A stretch of 62,046 nt of DNA, counting the filler, from Actinomycetota bacterium (GTDB taxonomy: Bacteria > Actinomycetota > Acidimicrobiia > IMCC26256 > VFJJ01): NCBI GenBank assembly GCA_009886115.1. It is 4 parts of 4 records of this genome, joined end to end, with 100 filler letters (N's around TTAATTAATTAA, not from the genome) between each part and the next. Parts side by side here need not be neighbours in the genome. Positions count along the whole stretch, not along the records: positions 14,730 to 34,843 come from VFJJ01000138.1; positions 34,944 to 49,905 come from VFJJ01000088.1; 2 more parts are not named here. One strand, written 5' to 3'. The first letter of the stretch is position 1; every line of letters starts with the position of its first letter. The position numbers and the translations under genes were made by a program. The notes beneath the pieces were generated by a model that saw only the letters and a program-made list of their open reading frames with translations, was not told the origin of the DNA and did not search any database. This document shows, one piece after another, positions 29,099 through 39,247 of this stretch.

Positions 29099-29809
29099 AT
29101 GTTCGTACGCAGCCGCACCATCCGACGGTTCATGATCCTCCCGGTGTCGGCGTCGATGCTGGCCGGCGCAGTCCTGCTGGCCTCCGCGGCCGGAGCCCAT
29201 GTCGGGACGTTCGACGCCACCTGCTACGTCGTCTCCTACCAATTCACGGAGTTCCCCGAGGCACCAGGCAACGTGGTGTCGGTACAGGCCGAGCTGGGCC
29301 CGGCCATCGTGACCCGTGACGTGACGTGGAACGGCCCGGCCACGAGCGGCACGATCCCGTTCGATGCCACGTCGGGGGGCGTCGTCCACGTCGAGGCCGT
29401 CTGGGACACCAACGGCGTGAGCGGCTCCGAGACGGCCGACGTCGTCGTCGCGGCCTGCGTCGAGGTGTCGACCACGACGACGGCAGCCACGACCACGACG
29501 ACGGCAGCCACGACCACGACGACGGCAGCCACGACCACCACCACGACGGCGGGGTTGAGCGCCCCGGCCGCGGTGAGCACCTCGGTGCCGACCACCGCGC
29601 CGGCAACCGCGCCGCCGACCACGACGACCACGGTGGCGTTCGTGAGCCAGGGCGCAGCTGCGGCGCCCCCGCCGGCGGCGAGCCCGGGTGCCGGTCTGGC
29701 CTTCACCGGTGGCGCGGTTCGCTCTGAGCTGGTCTTGGCGTTGGGGTTGCTGGCGCTGGGCGGTCTCGCCTTGGGGTTCTCCATCTCGGCTGTCGAGCGT
29801 CGCCGCTGA
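29099..29809 (+). CDS. Secreted Thr-rich surface protein with LAFTG sortase-like anchor
   Basis: Signal peptide; 21-bp x3 repeat (29471-29533) encoding TTTTAAT; LAFTG + hydrophobic stretch + RRR tail. Confidence 0.75.
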   Translation: MFVRSRTIRRFMILPVSASMLAGAVLLASAAGAHVGTFDATCYVVSYQFTEFPEAPGNVVSVQAELGPAIVTRDVTWNGPATSGTIPFDATSGGVVHVEAVWDTNGVSGSETADVVVAACVEVSTTTTAATTTTTAATTTTTAATTTTTTAGLSAPAAVSTSVPTTAPATAPPTTTTTVAFVSQGAAAAPPPAASPGAGLAFTGGAVRSELVLALGLLALGGLALGFSISAVERRR

Positions 29810-30034
29810 GGCTCCTCCTCGGTCGAAGGGCCGATGGCGCCCAGACCGGGATCTGCGTGCTGGCCGACGGCACCCGCATCGACGAGTGGGAGCACTACCG
29901 GCAGGGGACGGGCATCACCACGACCAGCGGCTGAGACGACCAGCGGCTGAGACCGCCCTCGCGACTCGAACAGGACCGCACCGCCCGAGCACGGCACCAC
30001 CGGGACCCACCCGGAGCGCACAGGAAGGATCGCC

Positions 30035-30466
30035 ATGACCGCTCGTCCCGAGCAGAAGACGGCACATCATCTGCAGCTCGCGTTCGCCGGCGAGGGGAGG
30101 GATCAGCTGCGCTTCCGGTACTACGCGTGGTTGGCCGACAAGCACGGCGCGACCGAGGTGGCCGCGGTGTTCAGGGAAGTGGCCGAGGAGGAACTCCTCC
30201 ATGCCTGCCGGTTGTTCGAGCTCGCCGCCGAGACCGGGATCGATCCCGTCACCGGGCACGCGATCGGCACGCTGGCCGAGGTGCTCGAGAGTGCGCTCGA
30301 ATCGGAACGGGCCGAGGCCGCGGAGATCTATCCGGCCTACGCCCACACCGCCCGTCGTGAGGGTCGAGACGACGTCGCCGAGTGGTTCGAGCGCCATGCG
30401 GTGGCCGACGCCGACCACGCTCGGCGCTTCGAGGCGCTCCTCCGCACGATCGAGGCTCGAGGCTGA
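30035..30466 (+). CDS. Rubrerythrin/ferritin-like protein
   Basis: LQLAFAGE, EEELLHA, E...YPAYA..AR.EG...VAEWF, HARRF. Confidence 0.85.
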   Translation: MTARPEQKTAHHLQLAFAGEGRDQLRFRYYAWLADKHGATEVAAVFREVAEEELLHACRLFELAAETGIDPVTGHAIGTLAEVLESALESERAEAAEIYPAYAHTARREGRDDVAEWFERHAVADADHARRFEALLRTIEARG

Positions 30467-30558
30467 GCGCATCGACGGTGCCGTGCTCCGCCGACGGTCT
30501 CGTCGCGAGCCGTCCGCATCCGGTGGAGGGCGGTCCGGTGTCGTAGGTTCTGTCGTTC

Positions 30559-31698
30559 ATGAGCTGGGTCGGGTGGGCCAACGGAGAGCTCGACGCGATC
30601 CGGCTGCAGGGGCGTTGGCGGAGCACCGTGTCGTTCGACGCCAGTGGCCCCGTCGGCACCTTGGCCACCCGGGGCCCGGTGACGTCGTTCGCGTCGAACG
30701 ACTACCTCGGGCTCTCGGCGCATCCCGCTGTCATCGCGGCGGCCCACGCGGCGATCGATCGGTGGGGTACCGGATCGACGGCGTCGCGGCTGATCGTCGG
30801 GACCCGGCCGATCCACGACGAGCTCGAGGATGCGTTGGCCGCGTGGAAGCGCGCCGAGTCGGCGCTGGTCTTCTCGACCGGGTACTCGGCGAACCTGGGT
30901 GTGCTCGCGACGCTGGCGGTCCCGGGTGTCACGGTCGTGAGCGACGAGCTGAACCATGCTTCGATCATCGACGGATGCCGCCTGGCTCGGGCCGAGGTGC
31001 TCGTGTACCGGCACAACGACCTCGATCACGTGGCGCACCATCTCGCAGGCTGCGGACGGGCCATCGTGGTCACCGACTCGGTGTTCTCGATGGACGGCGA
31101 CACCGCCGACGTCACTGGGCTCAGCGAGCTCTGCGCGGCAACCGGCAGTCTGCTCGTCCTCGACGAGGCCCACGCCGTGCTCGGACGCGAACAGCCGCTG
31201 GCCGACGGCACCGAGATCGTCAGGGTCGGCACGCTCTCGAAGACGCTGGGCGCGCTCGGCGGGTTCGTCGCCGGTCCCGAGCCCATCATCGACCTGCTCC
31301 GCAACCGGGCCCGATCGTTCATCTTCACGACCGCTCCGAGCCCGGCCGACACCGCAGCGGCGCTGGCTGCGCTCGCCGTGGTGAACAGCGCCGAGGGCGA
31401 ATCGCTGCGCCGGCACCTGCGCGATCTCGTCGATCGGGTGCGGCCGGGGCACCCGTCTCCGATCGTCCCGGTCGTGCTGGGCTCCGAGGAACGCGCCCTG
31501 AGGGCCGCAGCGCTCTTGCTGGAGCAGGGTTTCCTCGTCCCGGCCATTCGCCCGCCCACCGTGGCCGCGGGGACGTCCCGACTCCGGGTCGCGCTCAGCG
31601 CGGCCCACACCGTCGAGCAGGTCGACTCGCTGGCCCGTGCCCTCACCGACCTGCCCCGCCACCTCGAGACCACGCTCGCATCCCTGGAGGCCTCATGA
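30559..31698 (+). CDS. bioF: 8-amino-7-oxononanoate synthase
   Basis: FASNDYLGL, NHASIIDG, SVFSMDGD, DEAH, TLSK, IRPPTV. Confidence 0.95.
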   Translation: MSWVGWANGELDAIRLQGRWRSTVSFDASGPVGTLATRGPVTSFASNDYLGLSAHPAVIAAAHAAIDRWGTGSTASRLIVGTRPIHDELEDALAAWKRAESALVFSTGYSANLGVLATLAVPGVTVVSDELNHASIIDGCRLARAEVLVYRHNDLDHVAHHLAGCGRAIVVTDSVFSMDGDTADVTGLSELCAATGSLLVLDEAHAVLGREQPLADGTEIVRVGTLSKTLGALGGFVAGPEPIIDLLRNRARSFIFTTAPSPADTAAALAALAVVNSAEGESLRRHLRDLVDRVRPGHPSPIVPVVLGSEERALRAAALLLEQGFLVPAIRPPTVAAGTSRLRVALSAAHTVEQVDSLARALTDLPRHLETTLASLEAS

Positions 31699-32699
31699 CC
31701 CGTGCTCGTGAACTGCTGACGGCGGCAGGCGATGCCCTGCTCGACGAGCGGCGCATGCTCAGCCTGGAGGAGCTCGCCCAGCTCGCGGCGCTGCCCGACG
31801 ACGCCGTCCCGTCGTTGGCCGCGCTGGCGCACGAGGTTCGGCTGTCGTGGGCCGGTCCGAACGTGGAGGTTGAAGGCATCCTCTCGGCCAAGACGGGGGG
31901 CTGCCCGGAGGACTGCCACTTCTGCTCCCAGTCGGCGAAGTTCGACACGCCGGTGAAGGCGACGCCGTTCCTCGATCCCGACGAGATCCTCCGTGCCGCC
32001 GAGGAGACCAAGCAGCTCGGGGCTTCGGAGTTCTGCATCGTCCTCGCCGTCCGGGGTCCCAACCCGTTCATCATGGACCAGCTCGTGCGCATCGTTCCGC
32101 TGGTGCGCGATCGGACCGGGCTCAACGTTGCCGTCTCCGCCGGCATCTTGACCGCCCGCCAGGCCGACCGGCTGGCCGAGGCCGGTGTGCACCGCTACAA
32201 CCACAACCTCGAGACCGCACGGTCGTTCTTCGGGGAGATCGTCACCACCCACACGTGGGACGAGCGGGCCGCCACCTGTGCCCTGGTACGCGAGCGGGGC
32301 ATGGAGCTGTGCTGCGGTGTCTTGTTGGGTATGGGCGAGACGGTCGCGCAACGCATCGAGCTGCTCGGCCAGCTCCGCGACGTCGAGCCCGCCGAGGTTC
32401 CCCTCAACTTCCTGAACCCCCGTCCGGGGACGCCGCTCGGCGACCGGCCGTTCGTCGAGCCGCTCGAGGCGATTCGCTGGATCGCGCTGTTCAGGTTGGC
32501 GCTGCCGTCGGTGATCTTGCGTTACGCCGGCGGGCGCGAGGTGACCCTGCGCGAGTTGCAAGCGCTCGGGATGACCGCAGGGATCAATGCGCTCATCATC
32601 GGGAACTACCTCACGACGCTGGGTCGTTCGCCCCAGGACGACCTGCAGATGCTCGACGACCTCCGCATGCCGATCGGGGCGCTCTCGAAGGCGATCTGA
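31695..32699 (+). CDS. bioB: Biotin synthase (actinobacterial type)
   Basis: CPEDCHFCSQS radical SAM motif, YNHNLE, VPLNFLNPRPGTP, GNYLTT. Confidence 0.97.
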   Translation: MTRARELLTAAGDALLDERRMLSLEELAQLAALPDDAVPSLAALAHEVRLSWAGPNVEVEGILSAKTGGCPEDCHFCSQSAKFDTPVKATPFLDPDEILRAAEETKQLGASEFCIVLAVRGPNPFIMDQLVRIVPLVRDRTGLNVAVSAGILTARQADRLAEAGVHRYNHNLETARSFFGEIVTTHTWDERAATCALVRERGMELCCGVLLGMGETVAQRIELLGQLRDVEPAEVPLNFLNPRPGTPLGDRPFVEPLEAIRWIALFRLALPSVILRYAGGREVTLRELQALGMTAGINALIIGNYLTTLGRSPQDDLQMLDDLRMPIGALSKAI

Positions 32700-32890
32700 T
32701 GTCGACCTCGTTGCACTGCCCAGCGTGCGGGCGGCCCGACTGCTCCGATCCGCAGTGTCGGCGCACGCTCGACCCACCCCGGTTCTGCCCCACGTGCGGT
32801 CGTCGACTCCGCGTGCTGATCACGCCGACCCGTTGGGAAACCCAGTGCCGGCACGGGTGCCCGTCCTTGAGATCGGAGGGGCTGTCGTGA
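32699..32890 (+). CDS. bsaP: Biotin synthase auxiliary protein BsaP-like
   Basis: 63 aa, CxxCG...PPRFCPTCGRRL.V...C.HG; coupled directly after bioB. Confidence 0.8.
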   Translation: MSTSLHCPACGRPDCSDPQCRRTLDPPRFCPTCGRRLRVLITPTRWETQCRHGCPSLRSEGLS

Positions 32891-34158
32891 ACGGCTGGGT
32901 GCAGCGCGATGAGGCCGTGGTCTGGCACGGCTTCACCCAGATGGCGTGCTACGCCGACAACGCCCCGGTGATCGTGGAGCGCGGCGAGGGACGCGAGCTG
33001 ATCGCCGTCGACGGCACTCGTTATCTCGACGCCATCTCGTCGCTGTGGGTCACCACCCTGGGCCATCGCGTGCCCGAGCTCGATCAGGCCGTACGCGATC
33101 AGCTCGATCGCATCGCCCATTCGACCTTGCTGGGCAACGGCAACCGCGTCACCATCGAGCTCGCGGAAGCGCTCGCGGCTGTGGTTCCCGTCGACGATCC
33201 GCACTTCCTGTTCGCCTCCGACGGCGCAGCCGCGGTCGAGCAGGCCCTCCGCATCGCCTTGCAGTTCTGGGCGAACACGGGACAGCCCGGTCGCACGACC
33301 TACCTCGCGTTCGACGGCGCCTACCACGGCGACACCATCGGCGCGCTCTCGGTGGGTGACGGCGGGTTCGGCACCACCGTCTACGACCCGTTGCGATTCC
33401 CGGTGCTGCGAGCGCCGATCGGCGACGTCGAGGCCGCGTCGCGCATCATCGCCGAGCACTGCGGCACCCTCGCTGCGGTGGTCATCGAACCGCTCGTGCA
33501 AGGGGCTGCCGGCATGGTGCTGGTGGAGCCGGCCTTCGTTCGGGCCGTCGCCGCCGCATGCGCCGAGCACGACGTGCTGCTGGTGTGCGACGAGGTCGCC
33601 ACCGGCTTCGGACGGACGGGAACCCTGTTCGCTCTCGAGCAATGCCAGGTGCGCCCCGACATCCTCTGCATCGGCAAGGGCCTCACCGGCGGCTACCTGC
33701 CCATGGCCGCCACCGTCGCGTCGCGGCGCGTGTACGACGCCTTCCTCGGTGCCGACCTCTCCGAGCGCACCCTGTATCACGGGCATTCCTACTCGGGGAA
33801 CGCTCTGGCCGCTGCCGTTGCCGTGCGCCACCTCCAGCTCATCGAGGAGTGGGACGTGCTCGCCAACGTGCGCGCCCGGGCCGATCAGCTCCAGGGGCTC
33901 CTGGCCGCCCACGTCGTCGATCATCCGGCGGTTCGGGAGGTTCGCCAGCACGGGCTGATGGTGGGGGTGGAGCTCCACGCCTGCCCCGAGGGCCGACGGT
34001 TGGGCCGCTTGGTCTCGGCCGAGTGCGTTCGCCGTGGTGTGCTCATCCGTCCCTTGGGCGACGTGATCGTGCTCATGCCGATGCTCACCTCCACCGTCGC
34101 CGAGATCGAGCGGATCGTCGAGACGGTCAGCGGCGCCATCGAAGCGGTCTGCCGATGA
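32887..34158 (+). CDS. bioA: Adenosylmethionine-8-amino-7-oxononanoate transaminase
   Basis: WHGFTQM, YHGDT, EPLVQGAAGM, DEVATGFGRTG, GKGLTGGY. Confidence 0.95.
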   Translation: MNGWVQRDEAVVWHGFTQMACYADNAPVIVERGEGRELIAVDGTRYLDAISSLWVTTLGHRVPELDQAVRDQLDRIAHSTLLGNGNRVTIELAEALAAVVPVDDPHFLFASDGAAAVEQALRIALQFWANTGQPGRTTYLAFDGAYHGDTIGALSVGDGGFGTTVYDPLRFPVLRAPIGDVEAASRIIAEHCGTLAAVVIEPLVQGAAGMVLVEPAFVRAVAAACAEHDVLLVCDEVATGFGRTGTLFALEQCQVRPDILCIGKGLTGGYLPMAATVASRRVYDAFLGADLSERTLYHGHSYSGNALAAAVAVRHLQLIEEWDVLANVRARADQLQGLLAAHVVDHPAVREVRQHGLMVGVELHACPEGRRLGRLVSAECVRRGVLIRPLGDVIVLMPMLTSTVAEIERIVETVSGAIEAVCR

Positions 34159-34790
34159 GCGTCACGATCCTCTGCGCCGGCACGACGACAGGGGTCGGCA
34201 AGACCTGGGTGGGCGCGGCCGTTCTCCGAGCGTTGCGCGACGGCGGACGTACCGTCGCGGCCCGCAAGCCGGTGCAGTCGTTCGACCCCGCTGACGCTGA
34301 GGGCGGAGCGGGATCCACCGACGCCGAGGTGCTCGCCGGGGCCACGGGCGAAGCGGCATCGGCGGTCTGCCCTGCGCACCGGTGGTACGCGCTGGCGCTC
34401 GCTCCGCCCATCGCCGCGGAGCTGCTCGGCCGGGCCCCGTTCTCCGATGCCGATCTGGCGGCCGAGCACGGCGATCCGTCGGCCGAGGTGGTCTGGGTCG
34501 AGACGGTGGGCGGGCCGCTGTCGCCGATGACGTTCGACGGCGATTCGGCCAGCACGGCCCGGTGGCTCCGTCCTCACGCCGTGGTGCTCGTGGCCGACGC
34601 CGGGTTGGGTGCCATCAACGCCGTCAGGCTCGCTGTCGGTCCCTTCGCGGGCCGACGCATCATCGTGTTCCTCAACCGCTGGTCCGACGTCGACGTGTGT
34701 CGTACGAACCTGACGTGGTTGCGCACCAACGGCTTCACGGTGCTCACCGAGGTCGATGCGCTGGCCCGGCTCATCGACTCGACGCTCTGA
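34155..34790 (+). CDS. bioD: Dethiobiotin synthase
   Basis: GTTTGVGKT, KPVQS, VETVGG, LGAIN. Confidence 0.92.
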   Translation: MSVTILCAGTTTGVGKTWVGAAVLRALRDGGRTVAARKPVQSFDPADAEGGAGSTDAEVLAGATGEAASAVCPAHRWYALALAPPIAAELLGRAPFSDADLAAEHGDPSAEVVWVETVGGPLSPMTFDGDSASTARWLRPHAVVLVADAGLGAINAVRLAVGPFAGRRIIVFLNRWSDVDVCRTNLTWLRTNGFTVLTEVDALARLIDSTL

Positions 34791-34843
34791 CGAGCCGTCA
34801 GGTTGGGCGTCGCCGACCCGGCGCCCGGCGCCCGGCGCCCGGC

Positions 34844-34943
34844 NNNNNNNNNNNNNNNNNNNNNNNNNNNNNNNNNNNNNNNNNNNNTTAATTAATTAAN
34901 NNNNNNNNNNNNNNNNNNNNNNNNNNNNNNNNNNNNNNNNNNN
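34844..34943. other. Artificial contig linker
   Basis: 44 N + TTAATTAATTAA + 44 N. Confidence 0.99.
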
Positions 34944-37927
34944 CCGCCGGGCGACGCGGTGGCCGTGTAGCTCGTGATCGCCATGCCGTTGCTCGCGCCC
35001 GGGGTGAACGAGACGGTCGCCGAGGCGTTGCCGGCGACGGCCGACACGCCGGTGGGAGCGGACGGGGCAGCCACTGCAGTCAGCACGATGTCGTTGTTGC
35101 CGGAGCCGCCGACGTAGCTGATCCTCCAGCGCCCCGTACCGCCGGCCACCGCGGCACCCTCGGGCAGGCCGGCAAAGGTGCCGGCGACCGCGTCGGTCCC
35201 GTCGTTGACGACGATGGGGGCCGTCGAGCCGAGGGTGAACGCGATCCCTTCCAGGCTCAGCACGGCGCCGCTCGGGGCGGTCAGATCGACGGTGCCCGTC
35301 ACGGCGAGCTGGTCGTGCGGCGTGCCGCCGCCCGGGAGATCGACGTAGAGCACGCCGCCCGTAGCGATCGCGAGGTTCCCGACGCCGACGACGCCGGTGG
35401 CCGTGGACGCGGGGTCCAACGAGCCCAGCGCCCCCACCGTGAGCGGGCCGAGGGGGCCGAGGGTGTACCCGTTCGCGAGCTCGAGGTTGCCGTTCTGCAC
35501 GTTCACCCCGCCGGTGAACGTGCTGGTGTTGTTCGACAGGACGAGCGTGCCGGGGCCGGTCTTGATGATCGAGCCGGGGCCGACACCGTCACTCACCAGG
35601 CCGCTCAGCTCGAGCGCACCCGTGCTGACCACGCTGATCGTGGTGGCGCCGTCGAGCCCGAGCGGTGCCGAGATCTCCTGGGCGGCCACCGAGTTGTCCG
35701 TGATGGTCGAGCCGGCGCCGAGCACGACCCGCAACCCGCCGAGGTCGAATGCTCCAGCGCCCGACGCGAAGGTGACGTCACCCAGGGCCAGGTTGCCCGT
35801 GGTGTTGTTGGGGAACGGACGGGTCGAGCCGGCGAACGTCGGCGTGTCTCCGGCGGTGAGCGCCTGGTTCGACACCCAGTTGTCGGCTGTCGTGAGGTTG
35901 TTGTCGGCACCGCCGCCGTCCCAGGTCATGGGCACGCCGACCTGCGTGAGCACGATGTCGTTGCCGGAGCCGCCGGTGTAGCTGATCCGGTAGGCCTCCG
36001 TGCCGGAGGTCAGCACGGCGTTCTGGGCCAGACCGCTGAACGTGCCGGTGACCCCGTCGCTGGCGTCGTTGGCCACGATCGTGACCGAGTTCCCGAGACC
36101 GGGCGGTGTCGTCGAGGTGACCGCGAGCGTGGACCCCGTGACGGTGACCACACCGGTCACGTTGAGCTGATCGGCAGTGGTCACGACGTCGGCGGCGTAG
36201 GTGGCGCCGGAGGCGATCGTCAAGGGGCCCGTCGACAGGGTGCCGACGGTGCCCGTCCCCCCCGGACGCACGGCCGCGCCGCTGGAAACCGTGACCGCGC
36301 CGGCCACGGTGGCGGCGGCGTCGGAGGCCAACGACCCGGCAGAGACGGTGGTGGCCCCCGAGTACGTGTTCACGCCCGTCACCGTGAGCGTCCCGGTTCC
36401 GGTCTTGGTGACAGCCCCCGTTCCCCCCTGGTCGCTGACGACGCCGCTGAGCACCATGCTCGAGGTGCCGGTGGCGACGGTCGCCGCGCCGTTGAGGCCG
36501 ACGGGCGCGCTGATCGTCTGGGTGTTCGACGAGGCGTTGGTCACGGTTCCGCTGCCCAGGTCGAGGCGCGAACCGCCGAGCGTGAAAGCGCCGGCACCCG
36601 CGGCGAACGTGATCGCCCCCACGGCGAGCGTCGCCGGGTTGTTGGGGCTGAGGCGGGTCGAGCCGGCGAAGACCGGGCTGTCGCCGGCCAGCAGCGGCTG
36701 GTTCGACACCCAGTTGGCGCCGGTCGTGAGGTCGTTGTCGGTGACGTCACCGCCATCCCAGGTGGTCGACGAGGGGTCGGGCGTCACCGCGCCCGAGGCG
36801 CCCGACGCTGCCGAATCGCCCACGCCGTTGGTGGCCTTGACCGTGAAGGTGTAGGCGGTTGCGTTGCTCAAGCCGGCCACGACGATCGGCGACGAGGCCC
36901 CGCTCGCCGTGGCGCCACCGGGCGAGGCCGTGGCGGTATAGCCCGTGATCGGCGCCCCACCGGAACTCGACGGTGCGGTGAACGCCACCGACGCCCAGGT
37001 GTTGCCAGCCGTGGCCGTGGCACCCGTCGGTGCCCCGGGCACCGTGGCCTGCACGAGTGCGACGTCGTTCCCGTCGCCGCCCACGTACGTGACCCGGTAC
37101 GTGTCGCCCGAGACCGCCGTGTGGATCGCGCCCTCGGCCAGGCCCGAGAACGTGCCGACCACGGCGTCGGCCCCGTCGTTGCTCACGATCGTCATCGCGG
37201 TGGCTGCGGCGAACGTGTGCGCGGAAGTGACCAACAATGTGGAGCCGGTCAGCGTGACCGTCCCGGTGACGCCGAGCACGTCGGCCCCGCCTGACGCCAC
37301 GTCGACGGCGTAGGTCGCGCCCGCCGAGACGACGAGGTTCCCGCCCACGGCAGCGGCGGCGTCGATCACCAGCGTCCCGGCGGAGATGGTCGTGGTCCCG
37401 GAGGCGGTGTTGGGCGCGGTCAGCACGAGTGTGCCCGAGCCGCTCTTGGTGAGCGTCCCGGTGCCGATCCCGTTGGCGATCACACCGTTGATCGTGATGG
37501 TCGATGCACCGGTGGCGACGGTCGCCGCCCCGTCGAGATTGAGCCCTAGGTCGATCGTCTGGCCGGCACCCGACGCGTTGGTGATCGAACCGGCCGCCGC
37601 CAGGTCGACGGTGTTCCCGCCCAGGGTGAAGGCCCCGGCGGCGCCGGCGAAGGTGATGCTGGCCACGTCGAAGCCGTTGGCGAAGTCGTTGAGCGAGCTC
37701 AACCGGGTCGAACCGGCGAACACCAGGTCGTCGCCGGCCGTCGGGGCCGAGCCGCCCCAGTTGTCGCTGCTGGTCCAGAGGCTGTCGTCGGCGTCGGCCC
37801 CGTTCCAGGTGGCCGTGGCCGCCTGGGCCGTGCCCGAGGCGACGACCAGGAACGCCGCCGCAGCGAGCGCGAGTGCGGCGTATCCAGCCACGACTGTGGT
37901 GGTCCAGCGTCTTTCCCGGACTGGCAT
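34944..37927 (-). CDS. Large secreted protein with autotransporter-associated beta-strand (PATR) repeats and FN3 domains, 3' truncated
   Basis: Signal peptide; three modules TW.G...NW ... LTK.G.GTL.L...NT..G.T....G.L; FN3 units P.APT...A.AGN. Confidence 0.85.
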
Positions 37928-38209
37928 TCCCGAGCTCCTCGTACGCTACCGCTCACCCACAGCAACCACGGGGAGTGATCGGAGCGTCGAGGCGCCCACT
38001 TGAGGTCTCGTCGAGGTTGAGAGTCGATCGTTCACTGCCGACGAGATGACCTATGGGTTCAAGCCGCCGGCCCATGCGCCGATGTACGCGAAGGACACCC
38101 ACATGCGCCGCAGCCGACGAGGCGCAGGCAACGGACTCAGGGTTGGACCGTGGACGATCGGCAGCTCGAAGACTCCCAGCACCACGACGCACGTCACGTC
38201 GAGGCCCCC

Positions 38210-39190
38210 GTGTCGGATCCCCTGTCGATCCCGGGCGTGAGCCTGGAATCGGTCGAGCTCGTACGACGCCTCGGCGATCACACGTACTACCGGGCCATCG
38301 TGCTTCCCGAGCGGAGGACCGTCACGATCACGGTGGTCACGGCCATCCCGAGCTCCGACGCCTTCGCCCGGATGGTTCGAGAACGCGAGCTGCTGCCCCA
38401 GCTCGGAAGCCATCCCAACATCGCCAGGGTGACGGCGGTCGGTGAGCTCCCCGATCTGTCGACCTACATCGTCACCGAGGTCCTGGCGGGCGGCCCCCTG
38501 GCCCTCGACATCGCCGAGGGGCCCTTCGATTGGCGTGACGCGGCCGACCTGGGGATCAGGATGGCCGGGGCCCTCGCCACCTCCCATCACGCCGGGATCC
38601 TCCACCGGGCGCTCTCGCCCCTGACGATCATGAGCCGTCACACCGGCGAGCCCATGCTGAGCGAATTCGGGATCCCGACCGGTGGACCGGGGCCCTGGTC
38701 GAGCCCCGATGTGTGCCGGGGCCTGCCCTGCCGGCTGGCAGACGACGTCTTCTCGCTCGCCGCGACCGTGCTCACGCTGATCACCGGACACCCCCCGCCC
38801 GAATCACCGCTCGGGTTGGCGACGGCACTTGCGACGCTGAGCGACCGCGACGTTCCCGAGGTGATGGTCCACGCGCTAGAAACCACGCTCCGTGGTGCCG
38901 CCGAAGCCCGGCCGACGGCCGAGGAGCTGGGCCGAGCCTTCCAGGAGGCCCTCCAGATCAGCGGCGAGCCCGTGAACCCGCTCATCGTCGACACCGAGCT
39001 CATCCGGCGCGCCGCGCCCTTGGGAGATCCTCCCGCCAGCCCCTACCGCACGGTGATCGACGGCGCTGATGCCGACGATCTCGACGATCCGAGCCGGCCT
39101 GCCGATCCTGCAGGGCGTTCCTGGCCGAAGGTGGGCCCGGCGACGAGGAGCCGCCAGCGAGGGCGCCGGTGGTTCTCGAGGTCGCACTGA
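38210..39190 (+). CDS. Hanks-type Ser/Thr pseudokinase
   Basis: HPNI, H.AGILHR, DDVFSLAAT scaffold, but HRA, EFG and no VAIK lysine; start 38150 or 38210. Confidence 0.75.
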   Translation: MSDPLSIPGVSLESVELVRRLGDHTYYRAIVLPERRTVTITVVTAIPSSDAFARMVRERELLPQLGSHPNIARVTAVGELPDLSTYIVTEVLAGGPLALDIAEGPFDWRDAADLGIRMAGALATSHHAGILHRALSPLTIMSRHTGEPMLSEFGIPTGGPGPWSSPDVCRGLPCRLADDVFSLAATVLTLITGHPPPESPLGLATALATLSDRDVPEVMVHALETTLRGAAEARPTAEELGRAFQEALQISGEPVNPLIVDTELIRRAAPLGDPPASPYRTVIDGADADDLDDPSRPADPAGRSWPKVGPATRSRQRGRRWFSRSH

Positions 39191-39247
39191 GCGCCGAGCC
39201 ACCGGGGCACCGGGGCACCGAGACGACCCAGCCGAGACCCCGACCAC

